DNA of 64,000 nucleotides from Helicobacter kayseriensis (GTDB lineage Bacteria; Campylobacterota; Campylobacteria; Campylobacterales; Helicobacteraceae): NCBI RefSeq assembly GCF_021300655.1, contig NZ_JAJTNB010000001.1, positions 133,770 to 197,769 of the forward strand, read 5' to 3'. Shown piece by piece: positions 39,064 to 49,655 of this stretch (position 1 is its first letter; each line of letters starts with the position of its first letter). The notes under the pieces were generated by a model. It saw only the letters and a program-made list of their open reading frames with translations, ran no database searches and was not told where the DNA came from. The position numbers and the translations under genes were made by a program.

Positions 39064-41628
39064 ATGAATATTCTAGAAAAGATGACAAACCAACTTCAAG
39101 AGACACTTAACTCTGCGGCTTCTCTTGCCCTCCATTCTCAAAATCAAGAAATTTCTATTTTGCATACATATTGGGCGCTTTGCACCAATACCCAATCCAT
39201 CCTTAATCAAGTCTTCAACAAACTAGATTTTGATAAAACTGCCCTAGAGCTAGAACTAAAAAGTGCAGTCAATACACTTCCAAAATCCTCAAGTGTCCAA
39301 AAAAATAATCTCCACCTCAGTCAGGATTTACTTACTCAGCTAGAGCTTGCACTTGGAGAGGCGACCAAAAACGGAGATCAATTTCTCTCCACAGATACTT
39401 TCATCCTCTCTTCCCTCAATCATGAAAAAATCAAACCAATCTTTGAAAAATATCTTGACCTTAACTCAATTAAAAAAGCTCTCAAAGATATACGCGGAGG
39501 GACAAAAATACAAAATCAGAATGCTGAAGAAACTATGGAGCTTCTCCAAAAATACGGGATTGATCTCACCCAAAAAGCAAGTGAAAACCTTCTAGATCCC
39601 ATCATCGGAAGAGATGAAGAAATCCAGAGAATGATGCAGATTCTGATTCGCAAAACCAAAAACAACCCTATTCTTTTAGGCGAGCCAGGAGTTGGAAAAA
39701 CTGCACTTGTGGAGGGATTAGCTCAAAAAATCGTTCGCCATGAAGTTCCAACAAGCCTGCAACACAAAAAACTTATTGCTCTTGATATGAGTGCCCTCAT
39801 CGCTGGAGCTAAATATCGCGGGGAATTTGAAGAGCGACTTAAAAATATCATCGATGAGGTCAAAAACTCAGGCAATATCATTTTATTTATCGATGAGATT
39901 CACACGATCGTCGGAGCTGGTGCAAGTGAGGGCAGTATGGATGCTGCAAATATCCTTAAGCCTGCTCTTGCTCGCGGAGAGCTTCACACGATTGGGGCAA
40001 CCACCCTAAAGGAATATCGCAAATACTTTGAAAAAGATGCTGCGCTCGTGCGTCGATTCCAACCTATCGATGTCAGCGAACCAAGTGTCAATGAAGCATT
40101 GCAAATTCTTAGAGGGATCAAAGAAAAACTAGAATCTCACCACAATGTCAGCATCACAGATTCTGCTCTTGTTGCTGCAGCTAAACTCTCCAATCGTTAT
40201 ATCGCCAATCGCTTTTTGCCTGATAAGGCGATTGATCTGATTGATGAGGGCGCTGCCGAACTAAAAATGCAAATCGAATCTGAACCTCACGAACTTAGTC
40301 GCATCAAACGAACGATCGTAGCTTTAGAGGTTGAAAAACAAGCGCTCAAAATGGAAGAAAAAGAAAGCAATCTTGCAAGAATCCAAGAAATAGACAAAGA
40401 GTTGAGCAACGCCACAGAACAAAAAAGTATGCTAGAAAGTCAATTTGAAAATGAAAAAAAGGTCTTCAAAGACATCGCTTCTCTTAAAACTCAAATTGAT
40501 GAACTCAAGCGTGAAGCAGAGATTCTCAAACGCAATGGAGATCTTGGAAAAGTCGCTGAAATCGAATACAGCAAGATTCCCCAAAATGAAGCAAAAATCA
40601 AAGAACTTGATCAAAAATGGCAAGAAATGCAAAAAAATGGGACTCTTTTGAAAAATGCTGTTACAGAAGAAATCATTGCAGGAATTGTGAGCAGGTGGAG
40701 TGGAATACCAGTCCAAAAAATGCTTCAAAGCGAAAAAGCAAAAATTTTGGCCGTAGAATCTGAGCTTAGCAAAAGTGTGGTAGGTCAAGAGGAGGCAATC
40801 AAAGCGATCGCAAGGGTGATTAAACGCAACAAAGCAGGATTGAGCGAATCTAATCGCCCAATAGGAAGCTTTCTCTTCCTTGGAAGCACAGGTGTAGGGA
40901 AAACTCAAAGTGCCAAATCGCTTGCAAAATTTCTCTTTGATAGTGAGAAAAATCTTATCCGAATCGACATGAGTGAATATATGGAAAAACATGCTGTCTC
41001 TCGCTTGGTCGGGGCTCCTCCTGGATATGTGGGCTATGAAGAAGGAGGTCAATTAACAGAGGCTGTAAGACGCAAACCCTATAGCGTTGTGCTTTTTGAT
41101 GAGATCGAAAAAGCCCATCCTGATGTTTTCAATCTTTTGCTTCAAGTGCTAGATGATGGAAGATTGACAGACAATAAAGGCGTGACAATAGATTTCACCA
41201 ACACAATTATCATTCTCACAAGCAATATTGGGAGTGACAAAATTCTAGAAATCAAAGACAAAAACGAAAGATCCAAAGCAATTCAAGATGCACTCAGAGG
41301 ATATTTCAAGCCCGAATTCTTGAATCGACTTGATGAAATCGTGATCTTTAACCCCCTTGATCTTCAAGGAATCGTGCAGATTGTAGATATCATGTTTGAG
41401 CAGATCAGGCTCAAAGCCCAAGAAAAAGGCATCAAAATCAGTCTTTCTCAAGAAACCAAAGAAGAGATCGCACAAGCAGGATTTGATCCTGTCTATGGAG
41501 CGCGTCCACTCAAAAGAGCACTATATGAGATGATAGAAGATCGCTTAGCTGAATTGATCTTGGAAGAAAAAGTTAAAGAAGGCTCTGAGGTAGTTTTCAA
41601 AAAAAATGGGGAAGTGGAGGTATTTTAA
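39064..41628 (+). CDS. clpB: Chaperone ClpB (Hsp104-type AAA+ disaggregase)
   Basis: Two AAA+ modules ([16 protein letters not shown]) and the middle coiled-coil domain, 854 aa. Confidence 0.95.
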   Translation: MNILEKMTNQLQETLNSAASLALHSQNQEISILHTYWALCTNTQSILNQVFNKLDFDKTALELELKSAVNTLPKSSSVQKNNLHLSQDLLTQLELALGEATKNGDQFLSTDTFILSSLNHEKIKPIFEKYLDLNSIKKALKDIRGGTKIQNQNAEETMELLQKYGIDLTQKASENLLDPIIGRDEEIQRMMQILIRKTKNNPILLGEPGVGKTALVEGLAQKIVRHEVPTSLQHKKLIALDMSALIAGAKYRGEFEERLKNIIDEVKNSGNIILFIDEIHTIVGAGASEGSMDAANILKPALARGELHTIGATTLKEYRKYFEKDAALVRRFQPIDVSEPSVNEALQILRGIKEKLESHHNVSITDSALVAAAKLSNRYIANRFLPDKAIDLIDEGAAELKMQIESEPHELSRIKRTIVALEVEKQALKMEEKESNLARIQEIDKELSNATEQKSMLESQFENEKKVFKDIASLKTQIDELKREAEILKRNGDLGKVAEIEYSKIPQNEAKIKELDQKWQEMQKNGTLLKNAVTEEIIAGIVSRWSGIPVQKMLQSEKAKILAVESELSKSVVGQEEAIKAIARVIKRNKAGLSESNRPIGSFLFLGSTGVGKTQSAKSLAKFLFDSEKNLIRIDMSEYMEKHAVSRLVGAPPGYVGYEEGGQLTEAVRRKPYSVVLFDEIEKAHPDVFNLLLQVLDDGRLTDNKGVTIDFTNTIIILTSNIGSDKILEIKDKNERSKAIQDALRGYFKPEFLNRLDEIVIFNPLDLQGIVQIVDIMFEQIRLKAQEKGIKISLSQETKEEIAQAGFDPVYGARPLKRALYEMIEDRLAELILEEKVKEGSEVVFKKNGEVEVF

Positions 41629-41630
41629 CT

Positions 41631-41641
41631 CCCCCCCCCCC
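41631..41641. repeat. Poly-C homopolymer (11 nt), intergenic between the convergent clpB and aldolase genes
   Basis: Counted directly in the sequence. Confidence 0.9.
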
Positions 41642-41657
41642 ATTCAATCATTGTGCT

Positions 41658-42500
41658 TCACGAAAGTATAGCCGCTGAATATTTATGATATTTAATAAGA
41701 TTTTGAATAAGCTGAGTTTTGAGTTTTGTTTGTTCATAGCCAGGATTGTGCAAATTCTTTGCAAAAAAATACTCTAAAGGCAAATTTCCATCATGCCATT
41801 TTCCTCCTAAGCCCATTAAAGTCACATCGATATATCTACAGTGATTATTCAATGCTACATCTAACAACTCCTCTACTTTTCCATTTTTATTATGTAAATG
41901 CATTCCCACATTTACATTATTTAATCCTTGACAAAGCTTCAATGTATTTTCAACATAACTATCTGTAAAAATACTTTCAGTATCCGCAAAATAAATAACA
42001 CGAACTCCCAATGATTGTGCAAATTGTGCAAACTTTATATTTTGCTCTATCGTATTAGATCCGGAACTTGTAAAATTAATAAAAACCTCATAACCAAGCT
42101 CTTGTATTTCTTTAATATGTTGTTCCAAAATAGTTAGATCAGTCTCTATTGACCTAGTAAGAATCCTAATTGCATCCACAACGCTTTCTTCTTGTCTAGG
42201 AATTGTGGTCAATGGTCTTTGTATATCACGCATAGCAGAAAGTTTGGTTTTTCCACTCCATATCTTTTTGCTTTCCATAAAAATTTCTTTCAACCTTTCA
42301 TTTCTTAAACCACAATATCTTAAGTCTCCTCTCCCAGGATCAGCTTCGACATCATGAAAAAAACCCAACTCTAGATAATCAATTTTATTTTTTGCAGCAA
42401 ATGCATAATAGTCTCGACAAAAATCTTCATCAAAAAACCAACCAGTTTGATACCCAGCTTCCCTTAAAGTGCAATCAAAGATTTTAATACCATTAATCAT
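41658..42500 (-). CDS. DRE-TIM metallolyase (HMGL-like) family aldolase/synthase
   Basis: MINGIKIFDCTLREAGYQ matches the D-x-TLRDG-x-Q signature of the HMGL-like family. The start was set at the internal Met to give an 8-nt overlap with the upstream gene. Confidence 0.55.
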   Translation of the reverse strand: MINGIKIFDCTLREAGYQTGWFFDEDFCRDYYAFAAKNKIDYLELGFFHDVEADPGRGDLRYCGLRNERLKEIFMESKKIWSGKTKLSAMRDIQRPLTTIPRQEESVVDAIRILTRSIETDLTILEQHIKEIQELGYEVFINFTSSGSNTIEQNIKFAQFAQSLGVRVIYFADTESIFTDSYVENTLKLCQGLNNVNVGMHLHNKNGKVEELLDVALNNHCRYIDVTLMGLGGKWHDGNLPLEYFFAKNLHNPGYEQTKLKTQLIQNLIKYHKYSAAILS

Positions 42501-43194
42501 CTGTTCTCTCCCTTGAAATTTTCTCAACCCTTCTTCTTTCATATACAAATCGAGCATACTCCAAATCAAACTCATCATCAATATCTATTGCTGAGAACTT
42601 ATCAATTTCCAAAAAATATGGCATCTCACCATAACAAAAACTATTCTTTAGAATTTGTTGTTTTGAGGAAATAAAACATCCATTAACCACAGAAACCCAA
42701 TAAGGTAATTGTTGGGATGGAACATGCCGATCTAAACTATAATTCAAAGGCTTCTTTCTATCCCAAATATAATCTCTGATAACCTTAACCGTTACCAATG
42801 AATCGTAATATTTTGAAAAGATAACATGTTCATAATAAGCCTTTAAAGCTTGTTGAAAAACATACTCATCACACAATGGAGCAACACAGGGCGCCCATAC
42901 AATATGATCTGCATTCAAATCTTTCACAATCCAAGATACAACCTCACCAAATGTGCGGCTTCTCTCATCTGCATATTCTAAAGGTCTTTTTTGCACTTCT
43001 GCACCCTCTTTTTCTGCCATATCTAACATTAAAGAGCTATCACTAGAAACAACTACTCTTTCAATTTCTCTTACCTTTTTGAGTTGTCTTATTTTATGTA
43101 TCAATAAGTTACTTTGATCAAATGGTAGAATATTTTTATTTTTTAATCTTTGAGACCCCTGACGTGCAGCTATAACCGCTATTACTCTTTGCAT
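42493..43194 (-). CDS. Acylneuraminate (nonulosonate) cytidylyltransferase family protein (CTP_transf_3)
   Basis: MQRVIAVIAARQGSQRLKNKNI N-terminal nucleotide-binding motif, ~230 aa, with its own AGGTGA RBS. Confidence 0.7.
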   Translation of the reverse strand: MQRVIAVIAARQGSQRLKNKNILPFDQSNLLIHKIRQLKKVREIERVVVSSDSSLMLDMAEKEGAEVQKRPLEYADERSRTFGEVVSWIVKDLNADHIVWAPCVAPLCDEYVFQQALKAYYEHVIFSKYYDSLVTVKVIRDYIWDRKKPLNYSLDRHVPSQQLPYWVSVVNGCFISSKQQILKNSFCYGEMPYFLEIDKFSAIDIDDEFDLEYARFVYERRRVEKISRERTDD

Positions 43195-43199
43195 CTTTA

Positions 43200-44177
43200 T
43201 CACCTAACAATATATTTAATGTTTACTTTTAAATATTTTTTTAATTCCATAAAATTAATCAAAATATTTTTTACTTTAAATTTAAAATCCACATTCATTA
43301 AAGATTGATTGTCTTTATTAAAATTTTGAAGAAAAGCAATGATGTAAGACTGTTTTTTGTTGCAACAATCTAAGTAGCTATCTAGATTTTTTAGAACATT
43401 TCGTTTCTTAATGTTTATATTAATATTTAACAGGACGCATTCTAAGACTTTTAATGCAAAGAATATCTTATTTAAAAATAGACAAAAATTAATCCCCCCC
43501 CCCCCCGAATCTTTTAATTTTTTATAATACGAATATAAAATTGATGCAACTTCAAATTCTTTTTCATCATTGATATCAACAAAATATGAATTACTCTGAT
43601 ATAAATAAGGATTTCGTCCAATCTGATACCAAGCACAATCCAACATTCGCCTTTTCATAATAAAAGCAGACCATAAGACCTCAAAAAAAATAGGTAACTC
43701 TTGACTAATTTTATGCCAATATCCGAAATTAAAATTAACAGGATTTCCTCGCTCATCAATAATATGATGCGTAATTCGTTTAACTGCAACAATACTGTCA
43801 AAGTTTTCAGAGAGATTTTGATACACCTTTACCATTTCAGAAAATTCATCAAAAAGAGGTTGCGTTACCTGAACCCACATAATATCTGCATTTTTATCTT
43901 CAATTTTCTCTACAATTCCCTTTACAATTTCAGTTTCTTTCGCACTGCTTAATGTTAACTCATACTCCCTATGTAAAAAATTAAAACCATAGCCCTCTAC
44001 TATTTTTGGAACCCTTATTTCATCTTCGGATGAAACATATATATCTTTTGGCGAAAAAACTTTCAATAACTGCTCAGCTTTAATATCAAAAAGACTCTTA
44101 TGATTAAAAAAATTTCTCAAATTTTTATCATGTAAACGAGTTGAGTTTGTTTTTAAGGGTATTACAACTTTTAACAA
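43200..44177 (-). CDS. Cytidylyltransferase family protein (CTP_transf_3) with poly-G(13)-dependent C-terminal extension
   Basis: VIPLKTNSTRLHDKNL N-terminus. The G13 tract at 43494-43506 encodes SGGGG at aa ~221-225 and is followed by ~100 aa of low-complexity tail that reaches the next gene. Confidence 0.6.
   Translation of the reverse strand: MLKVVIPLKTNSTRLHDKNLRNFFNHKSLFDIKAEQLLKVFSPKDIYVSSEDEIRVPKIVEGYGFNFLHREYELTLSSAKETEIVKGIVEKIEDKNADIMWVQVTQPLFDEFSEMVKVYQNLSENFDSIVAVKRITHHIIDERGNPVNFNFGYWHKISQELPIFFEVLWSAFIMKRRMLDCAWYQIGRNPYLYQSNSYFVDINDEKEFEVASILYSYYKKLKDSGGGGINFCLFLNKIFFALKVLECVLLNININIKKRNVLKNLDSYLDCCNKKQSYIIAFLQNFNKDNQSLMNVDFKFKVKNILINFMELKKYLKVNIKYIVR
43494..43506. repeat. Poly-C(13) (poly-G on the coding strand) inside the cytidylyltransferase gene
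   Basis: Counted directly. The current length keeps a 325-aa frame, while 12 or 14 repeats give a stop within 1-12 codons. Confidence 0.9.
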
Positions 44178-44303
44178 ATCTTCTCCTTAGTAAATATATG
44201 GCATTCTAAATACATTTGATCACAATTACAAAACACTGGCAATCTCTTTCCCCTCCCCTCTCTTGGTTTTTAATATTCTTTAAATATTCTTTTTGGAAAG
44301 ACA

Positions 44304-45170
44304 TTATAGCTCCATCTCTTTAAACAATCCCTTTAAGCCTACGGGATTGATCGAAACAATTTCGACTTCAGGATAATAATATTTTGCAAACAAAGCCATT
44401 CTTCTCCATTCTTCTTGCAATCTCTTTGTTGCCAAATCTTCCAAAACCCAAGTTTTACGATCATCGAAATGCCCTCCGCTTGAACAATCACAACCAACAA
44501 GATAAATTCGTTTTGGTTGACAATAAAGAGAGAAATGAAAAGCTGGGATAATAATAGAACCATATCCAAACAAAGGATGTCTAGAAATATCTGGCTGTAT
44601 AGTTTGATGGCTAGCATAATGCATAGAAAGATACATTGAAGCATTATTTATCTGAACAAAATCTAGAGGTGTTGCAAAACTTGTCGTTCCATACTCATCA
44701 CTCAAGTTCCCCATTCCAAAAAACTTTTTTGCCCTTGAAGATATAATATCCTTTTGAATTCCATAATTCTGAACAGCAGTCCAATCTCCCATAAAATAAA
44801 AATCCAAATCAGGATAATAAGTCACGACCTTATTAACTCCGATATGAATCGCATTAGAAATATATTTACTTTCAGTATATTCCCTTAAAGTTGGTCCTGC
44901 AGCCATCAATACCACTTCTCTCCCCTTAAGGCTTCCTCCATATTGTCCAAAACTCTTTTGATGCAAATCAAGAAGAATATTCTGTAGTGTATAAATCTGA
45001 TTTAGTAGCTGATTATTTTGACTCTCAAGCATTATTGGAAGAGCTCTTTTATCAAAAAGATTAAAACATTTTTTGCCAAAAAAATAATACTCCGTTAAAA
45101 ATGTATGCTGGTTATATCTCCTATAAATCCCCATTGAACGGAAAATTGATTTTAAAGTTTGCTTCAACAT
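44304..45170 (-). CDS. DUF115/MAF_flag10-CstII-like (GT42-like) putative nonulosonic-acid transferase
   Basis: REVVLMAAGPTLREY resembles the GNGPSL motif of CstII sialyltransferases and Maf proteins. A later YLVGCDCSSGGHFD resembles the YLSGIDFY region. 288 aa. Confidence 0.4.
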   Translation of the reverse strand: MLKQTLKSIFRSMGIYRRYNQHTFLTEYYFFGKKCFNLFDKRALPIMLESQNNQLLNQIYTLQNILLDLHQKSFGQYGGSLKGREVVLMAAGPTLREYTESKYISNAIHIGVNKVVTYYPDLDFYFMGDWTAVQNYGIQKDIISSRAKKFFGMGNLSDEYGTTSFATPLDFVQINNASMYLSMHYASHQTIQPDISRHPLFGYGSIIIPAFHFSLYCQPKRIYLVGCDCSSGGHFDDRKTWVLEDLATKRLQEEWRRMALFAKYYYPEVEIVSINPVGLKGLFKEMEL

Positions 45171-45211
45171 TTGCTCTCCTGTGTTTGGACCTTATACTTC
45201 AAATTTTAAAG

Positions 45212-46323
45212 CTAAGTATACATAAAACAAATTCTATCTCTAATCATCTCTTTAGCCCTCTTTAATACAAAATAGATTTTTGGAAAGAAAAAGGCAATTT
45301 TTGAAGAAATCTCTACCTCTTTACAATATTTTTTATATTTCCAAATTTCCTCACACAGTTTTCTTCCTTTTTTCTGATCTTTTTTGATCTTACACATCCA
45401 AAATGCACCAATTGACCTATATTTAATTTGTTGCTCAATCCAATAGACACTCATTGGGTGTAGTTCTTTTTCTTTTCTCCTTAGAAAATCAATCATTTCA
45501 AGAACAAACACTGATCTTGAATAAGAAAAATCATACAAAAATTCTTCGCACTCTTTTGAAGAGAAGTTTTGACTACTTTCCTGAAGCTCGTATCTTGAAA
45601 GAGATCCGAATCGAATCCTATAATACACAAGAGGATGAGATACATAAACTATTCTTTGAGCAAGAGCAAGCATTTGATATCCAAATAAACTATCTTCGCC
45701 CAAAATATGTTTTTGAAATCTAAATTGATGCTTTAAGAGAAAAGAAAAATCAAGCAAATAAAGAAAAATCAAAATCCCATTCATCTTATTCAAGGCGAGA
45801 AACTCAAGAAATTCATACCCACAGTAGAACTCTTGTTTGGGAATATCCTCTATTCCAGCACATAAAGAAATCTTATGATTTTTTTCATAAAAAATCTTGT
45901 ATCCATGCCAAACTATATCCATACGCTTTCCAAATGTACTCTGTATACATCTCTCAATACACTCTAGATCCAACCAATCATCACCATCAAGAAAGTGAAT
46001 ATATTGGACTTCTTTGCACCTAGAATGCTCAAAGATCTCTATCTCCCCCCCCCCCCCACATTCTGCATCGCAAGATAATCAAGGGCTAGATTTCTTGATG
46101 CCCCTACTCCTTGATTTTGTTTGTTTTTTATCAAAGTCATTCTTGTATCCTGCTTGAAATAAGCATATGCAATTTCAAAGCTATTGTCTGTGCTTGCATC
46201 ATCAATTAAAATGATTTGCAAATCCCTATATGTCTGCCCAATCACAGAATCAAGGCATTCTTGAAGATATTTCTCTACATTATAAATTGGAACAATAATC
46301 GCAACAACTGGATTAGAGTGCAT
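45212..46323 (-). pseudogene. Phase-variable family 2 glycosyltransferase, currently frameshifted (OFF) at a poly-G(13) tract
   Basis: The N-terminal ORF 46039-46323 (MHSNPVVAIIVPIYNVEKYLQECLDSVIGQTY...GGGGR*) and the C-terminal ORF 45212-45973 are 1 nt out of frame across the tract at 46045-46057. Translating the C-terminal frame straight after the tract gives EIEIFEHSRCKEVQYIHFLDGDDWLDLECIERC, which aligns with YIHFLDSDDYLEPHCIEKC of the intact paralogue. Confidence 0.8.
46045..46057. repeat. Poly-C(13) (poly-G on the coding strand) splitting the GT2 gene
   Basis: Counted directly. A full-length reading frame is restored at 11 or 14 repeats. Confidence 0.9.
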
Positions 46324-46400
46324 CTATATCCTCACTTTCAATATTTTGATAAAATCTTGTGTAAAAATATATCTTAAACTTCAATATCTAAGGGATATCC

Positions 46401-47414
46401 ATGCAATACAAATCCATTTTGGTCACTGGGGCTGATGGCTTTATAGGGTCACATTTAGTTGAAACTCTTTATCACTATACACAAGATCCAAATTCGGTCT
46501 TTTATAAAGCAAAGATAAGGGCTTTGAGCTTATACAATTCTTTCAATTATTGGGGATGGCTTGAAGATATTTCTTGCCTTTCTAATATTGAAGTGGTGAG
46601 TGGAGATATTCGAGATTCTCACTTTTGCAAAACAATCACAAAAGAAATCGATATCGTTTTCCATCTTGCAGCTCTTATTGCGATCCCCTACTCTTACATC
46701 GCTCCAGAAAGCTATATCGATACAAACATCAAAGGCACCCTCAACCTCTGTCAAGCCTCAATCCAAAACCAAGTCAAACGCTTCATCCACACAAGCACAA
46801 GTGAAGTTTATGGCACAGCACAATATGTCCCAATCGATGAGCTTCACCCTCTACAGCCACAAAGTCCATACAGTGCAAGCAAAATCGGATCGGACTGTAT
46901 TGCTATGAGTTTTCACAACTCTTTCTCTCTCCCTCTAAGCATCGCACGACCATTCAACACATATGGACCTCGCCAAAGTGCAAGAGCAGTGATTCCGACA
47001 ATTATCACTCAAATCGCCAATGGTGCTCAGCAAATCAAACTTGGCGATCTCTCCCCTACGCGAGATTTCAACTTTGTCAAAGATACCTGTGAGGGCTTTA
47101 TTGCTATCGCTCAAAGCGATCAAACAATCGGAGAAACGATCAATATCGGCTCAAATTTTGAAATCAGCATCGCCGATACACTCAATATCATCAAAGATCT
47201 TATGCAAAGCAAAGTGGAATTCATCACAGATTCCCAAAGAATTCGCCCCCAAAATAGCGAAGTTTTCCGCCTATGGTGCGACAACACCAAGATCAAGAGA
47301 CTGACAAATTTCACTCCAAAATACAATATCTATCAAGGACTTCAAGAAACCATCAAGTGGTTCAGTGATCCCAACAACCTCTCTAAATACAAAAGTGAAA
47401 TCTACAATGTCTAA
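46401..47414 (+). CDS. NAD-dependent epimerase/dehydratase (extended SDR) family sugar-nucleotide enzyme
   Basis: ILVTGADGFIGSHLVE Rossmann motif and a YxxxK context (YSASK), 337 aa. Confidence 0.75.
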   Translation: MQYKSILVTGADGFIGSHLVETLYHYTQDPNSVFYKAKIRALSLYNSFNYWGWLEDISCLSNIEVVSGDIRDSHFCKTITKEIDIVFHLAALIAIPYSYIAPESYIDTNIKGTLNLCQASIQNQVKRFIHTSTSEVYGTAQYVPIDELHPLQPQSPYSASKIGSDCIAMSFHNSFSLPLSIARPFNTYGPRQSARAVIPTIITQIANGAQQIKLGDLSPTRDFNFVKDTCEGFIAIAQSDQTIGETINIGSNFEISIADTLNIIKDLMQSKVEFITDSQRIRPQNSEVFRLWCDNTKIKRLTNFTPKYNIYQGLQETIKWFSDPNNLSKYKSEIYNV

Positions 47415-47463
47415 AGATCAGTGTAAAATCTCAACTCAAATACCCAAAAATAGAGGAGTCAAT

Positions 47464-48168
47464 ATGAGCGAATTAATCAACAAATACAACTATTCAACAG
47501 AGATTAAACTCAAGAATTTTGAAAAGTATGTTCCACGCAAATATCTTGCAAGATTTATCGCAAGGTATGAACTTTTTAAAATGATAAAAAACACAAAAGG
47601 CTCCATCATTGAATGCGGCGTTCACTGGGGTGGAGGCATCATGGCTTTTGCCAAGCTTTGTGCAGGATTTGATATTTTAGGAAATGACAGAAAAGTAATT
47701 GGCTTTGATACCTTTGAAGGCTTTCCGCATTTAAATGAAAATGACCAAAAATCCATAATACATCAAGAGTTAAAAGTAGGTGGTTTCCAAAGTTTTGCAA
47801 AGATCGAAGATGAACTTCAGGACTGTATAGAAGAATTTAATCGAGACATTCTATTGCCCCAATACAAAAAAATTCAATTAATCAAGGGGGATGCATGCCT
47901 CACAATTCCTGAATATATAACAAATAATCCACACACAATTATCTCACTTCTATATCTTGATTTTGATTTATATGAACCCACAAAGGTTGCATTAGAATAT
48001 TTAGCTCCAAGAGTCATTAAAGGAGGAATTATTGCTTTTGATGAATTAAATGATGAAAATTGGCCAGGAGAAACAATAGCTACTCTTGAATATTTTAAAA
48101 ATTTCAATAACTGCAAAATTCAGAGATTTGAATTTGCAAGTAATATTTCTTATATGGTGATTGAATGA
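47464..48168 (+). CDS. TylF/MycF-like class I SAM-dependent O-methyltransferase (sugar O-MTase family)
   Basis: GSIIECGVHWGGGIMAF (the GxxxExGVxxGxS motif of macrocin-O-MTase-like enzymes) and metal-binding D-x-D contexts (LDFDLYE, IAFDELN). The start was taken at MSELINK. Confidence 0.55.
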   Translation: MSELINKYNYSTEIKLKNFEKYVPRKYLARFIARYELFKMIKNTKGSIIECGVHWGGGIMAFAKLCAGFDILGNDRKVIGFDTFEGFPHLNENDQKSIIHQELKVGGFQSFAKIEDELQDCIEEFNRDILLPQYKKIQLIKGDACLTIPEYITNNPHTIISLLYLDFDLYEPTKVALEYLAPRVIKGGIIAFDELNDENWPGETIATLEYFKNFNNCKIQRFEFASNISYMVIE

Positions 48169-49352
48169 CTCTTTCTCCTCTTTTTGACTTTATTCGCTCA
48201 CTTTATGGAAAAACAAAAGCTGAGACCATCCCTCTTCATGAACCTAAATTTCTAGGAAATGAGAAAAAATATCTTCTAGAGTGCATTGATAGTGGCTTTG
48301 TATCAAGCGTTGGAAAGTTTGTCAATCGCTTTGAAGAAGAAATGGCAAGATTTTGCGGAAGTCAATATGCTATCGCCACAAGCAATGGCACAAGCGCATT
48401 GCACGCAATCCTGCACGCAATAGGCACCAATCAAGAATGCGAAGTCATCACACAATCGCTGACCTTTATTGCCACAAGCAATGCGATTGCCTACACTGGT
48501 GCAAAACCCATTTATGTCGATGTCGATTTAGATTCTCTTTCTCTTTCACCAAGTGCCCTTGAAAAGTTTCTACATCTACATGGACAAAAAGAAGAAAACC
48601 ATACGATCAACAAACATACACGCAAAATCATCAAGGCATGTGTCCCAATGCACACTTTTGGACACCCAGCAAAAATCGAAGAAATCTCACGAATTTGCAA
48701 AGAGTGGCATATCACTCTTATCGAAGATAGTGCAGAGAGTCTAGGAAGCTATTACATCCAAAAAGATCAAGCAATCCATACTGGACTTAAAGGGCTAGCT
48801 AGTGCTTTTAGCTTCAATGGCAACAAAACAATCACATGCGGAGGCGGAGGTATTATCCTCACAGATAATCAAAAACTTGCCCAGAAGCTAAAACACATCA
48901 CCACAACAGCCAAGATTCCCCATCCCTACGAATATTATCACGATGAACTGGGCTTCAATTATCGCCTACCCAATCTCAATGCTTCACTCGCCCTAGCCCA
49001 ACTCGAACAACTCCCCAAATTTCTTGCCAATAAGTCTAAGATCGCCAAAGCTTATGAGGAATTTTGCCTAACTCATGGGATCGATTTTATATCTGCACGC
49101 GATGGCACCAAACCAAACTTTTGGCTCAATGCAATCAAGCTCAAAAATCTAGAAGAAAGAAATGCTTTCTTGGAACAAAGCAACGCTCAAGGGATCATGA
49201 CACGCCCCATTTGGAAGCTCAATCATCAAAATCCTGCATACAGTCACTGCCAACATGACAATCTTGCAAACTCACTCTTTTTGCAAGATCGCATTGTCAA
49301 TCTTCCAAGTGGAGTCAATCTAGGATACAATTCTTCAATATCAATCAAATAA
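48165..49352 (+). CDS. DegT/DnrJ/EryC1/StrS family PLP-dependent sugar aminotransferase
   Basis: Typical N-terminus (PLHEPKFLGNEKKYLLECIDSGFVSS...) and the active-site lysine context (SFNGNKTITCGGGG). 395 aa. Confidence 0.85.
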   Translation: MTLSPLFDFIRSLYGKTKAETIPLHEPKFLGNEKKYLLECIDSGFVSSVGKFVNRFEEEMARFCGSQYAIATSNGTSALHAILHAIGTNQECEVITQSLTFIATSNAIAYTGAKPIYVDVDLDSLSLSPSALEKFLHLHGQKEENHTINKHTRKIIKACVPMHTFGHPAKIEEISRICKEWHITLIEDSAESLGSYYIQKDQAIHTGLKGLASAFSFNGNKTITCGGGGIILTDNQKLAQKLKHITTTAKIPHPYEYYHDELGFNYRLPNLNASLALAQLEQLPKFLANKSKIAKAYEEFCLTHGIDFISARDGTKPNFWLNAIKLKNLEERNAFLEQSNAQGIMTRPIWKLNHQNPAYSHCQHDNLANSLFLQDRIVNLPSGVNLGYNSSISIK

Positions 49353-49360
49353 GGAAAAAT

Positions 49361-49651
49361 ATGCATTCACAAATTCAAAATATTATCTATAAAGCCCTTC
49401 AAAATCTTGCTGAAGAGCTCGAAAATGATGCACTTACAAATCCAAATGAAGAAACAAAAATCTATGGTGTAGATGGCGCTTTAGATTCCCTATCTTTAGT
49501 GAGCTTTATTGCAGATATTGAAGAAATGGTTGAAGAAGAACTTGGAGAAAATATCACTTTGGCCGATGAGAAAGCAATGAGCTCACAAAACTCTCCTTTC
49601 AAAAATGTTTCCTCTCTTACTCAATACATTCAAAATTTGATTCAAAAATAA
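49361..49651 (+). CDS. Acyl carrier protein
   Basis: 96 aa with the phosphopantetheine-attachment context GALDSLSLVSFIADIEE. Confidence 0.7.
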   Translation: MHSQIQNIIYKALQNLAEELENDALTNPNEETKIYGVDGALDSLSLVSFIADIEEMVEEELGENITLADEKAMSSQNSPFKNVSSLTQYIQNLIQK

Positions 49652-49655
49652 TCAA

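Noticed and set aside
43200-43500. The 100-aa C-terminal tail of the cytidylyltransferase as a genuine second domain.
   Set aside because: It is composed of N/K/I/L/F-rich low-complexity sequence typical of out-of-context AT-rich DNA. It is more likely a consequence of the current G13 phase than a folded domain. It is kept as a phase-variation finding instead.
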